64,000 bases of DNA from Octopus sinensis (Eukaryota), in assembly GCF_006345805.1 (NCBI RefSeq), contig NC_043013.1:20770001-20834000 (forward strand), read 5' to 3'. Within the stretch, counting starts at the first letter, position 1. Every line of letters starts with the position of its first letter. Below the pieces are notes generated by a model. It was not told the origin of the DNA and made no database searches. It worked only from the letters and a program-made list of their open reading frames with translations. Both the position numbers and the translations under genes were made by a program. Shown here piece by piece: positions 62,431 to 64,000 of this stretch.

Positions 62431-64000
62431 TCTGCCCCATTACCACACCTGATAGCTATATCATACGTGAAAAAGAGAGATAAATAACTGGTGGGCAATG
62501 CTTCACATCCAGTGATAACGCCACAGTGAATGTAGTTCACTAATAAAAACAGTAAAATATTCCAATGGGTGACAACTTCAAAAGAAGCTACGTCCGCCCA
62601 CTTACAATGAAGACCTGAAAGATCAGTCTGTGAGCGAATAAGATATGTAATCTATAATTGTTAAACAAATAATTTATTTTTGTTTCGCCTATGGTTCTTC
62701 GGGACCAAAATAATATTTAGACAAGTTAACTTATAATTGATAGCAAGAAAGAAAACGGGGAAGTTTAATATAATTTTCAAAGGCATGTACAGCCTTAGTC
62801 TCGCACTAATATTTTTGTTGCTAGTTCAGTATTTCCTGAAGGTTTTCATTATTCGATGATTAAATACTTTAAACTCTGTCATCGGCTTTTTTTTAAACCT
62901 GTTCCTCGGCGGATATTCATATTTTTGACACTCGGGGTTGGTTTTGCAGAAGATACTTAGAAAATTTCATTCAGTGTGAAAAGTACTAGAGACTTCTGAA
63001 AATATTCCCAGAGAACTTGACATATCTGTAATGACCTTTCTTACCATTTAGTCTATAATCCTTCATTTCTTAAGGCGGCCCTCTTAAACTGGTGGAAAGT
63101 AGAAAGGAGAGAGGGATGGAACAAAGACGTTAACTTAACTGGACTACTTGCAGTATAGTGAACTAAAAATGCCCGATGTTGGTGGTGGCGGCAGTGGTGT
63201 TGAAAGGAGTGAAGGATTAAGGCACTCTACTCTAGCAATAAGAGCTAAAAGAAATGGGACAAAACTACAAAATATTTAGTCCCGACATCCCAAAAAGTTT
63301 GTGAATTCATTTCTCTTTACTAGCATTAAGGGATGAGTTAAAGTTGACCTTGACGGGATTTGGATTTAAACAGATTTCAGGTGCAAATTCAGCCATACAG
63401 TTTGTCATACACTCTAACCATGCTGCCAGTTCAGTGGTTTTCAGACATTCGTTCAGTCTACTTATTGTAACTGGGAAAACTATGAGACCTGCTAATAAAA
63501 TATTGATTGTTTACTTAGATTTAAGTTCGTTTTTGTAGCGTTACAATGTAGTAACGAGCTGTGAAACACTCAACTCGGTAACTGCTTCATTGAATTGCAC
63601 TTCTTTCCGTAATTAACTTTCATGATAAACACTGGATCGGGTTGAACTGAATTCCCTTACAAATACTTCAAAACGTCGAAGTGTCTTCTGTAGGTGGCTG
63701 CTACAACCTGATGAAATCACAAAACTGACCAAATATAGTTGAAGAATATCGTGAATATTTAATAACAACTAGAAGTGGAGTTGTGATACTCCATTTTCCC
63801 TGAGCTTAAAGACAATTTTCGTCGAGAAAGATCTAAGTAATCGAATGAGGTATTATTTAATTTATTGAGATGAGAATGGACTTAATGAAGTCTAGCCAGA
63901 CGAAATGTCTAATTAGAAATTCAGAAGTGCGAAAGAGAATATTCCAGGTAATTAGTACGGCGCCTCGGAGTTTCTTCGAAATAACATGTTGAACATTTTA

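Overview
AT-rich eukaryotic sequence dominated by microsatellites and transposon fossils, with one 100-N assembly gap. The repeat families (tRNA-derived CORE-type SINEs, RTE, R4/Dong-like and CR1-like LINE fossils, mariners, Penelope-like elements) and the microsatellite density resemble an octopus/coleoid cephalopod genome; this is inference from recognition, not a database result. I cannot support any intact host protein-coding gene. Nearly all ORFs in the supplied track are simple-repeat translations, and the recognisable peptides are decayed transposon proteins. The most notable signal is a dense set of Penelope-like element (PLE) 3' ends lodged in (TA)n tracts that carry type I hammerhead ribozyme (HHR) folds. 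These include a U3-A8 compensatory core variant (2649-2694), a sense/antisense HHR pair inside a ~225-bp inverted repeat (13439-14567), and a PLE whose GIY-YIG motif is split by a twin-priming-like inversion (36181-36626). A second notable structure is a tandem array of four frame-preserving 80-nt exon-like cassettes (3729-4343). Boundaries of degenerate repeats are approximate and were read by eye.
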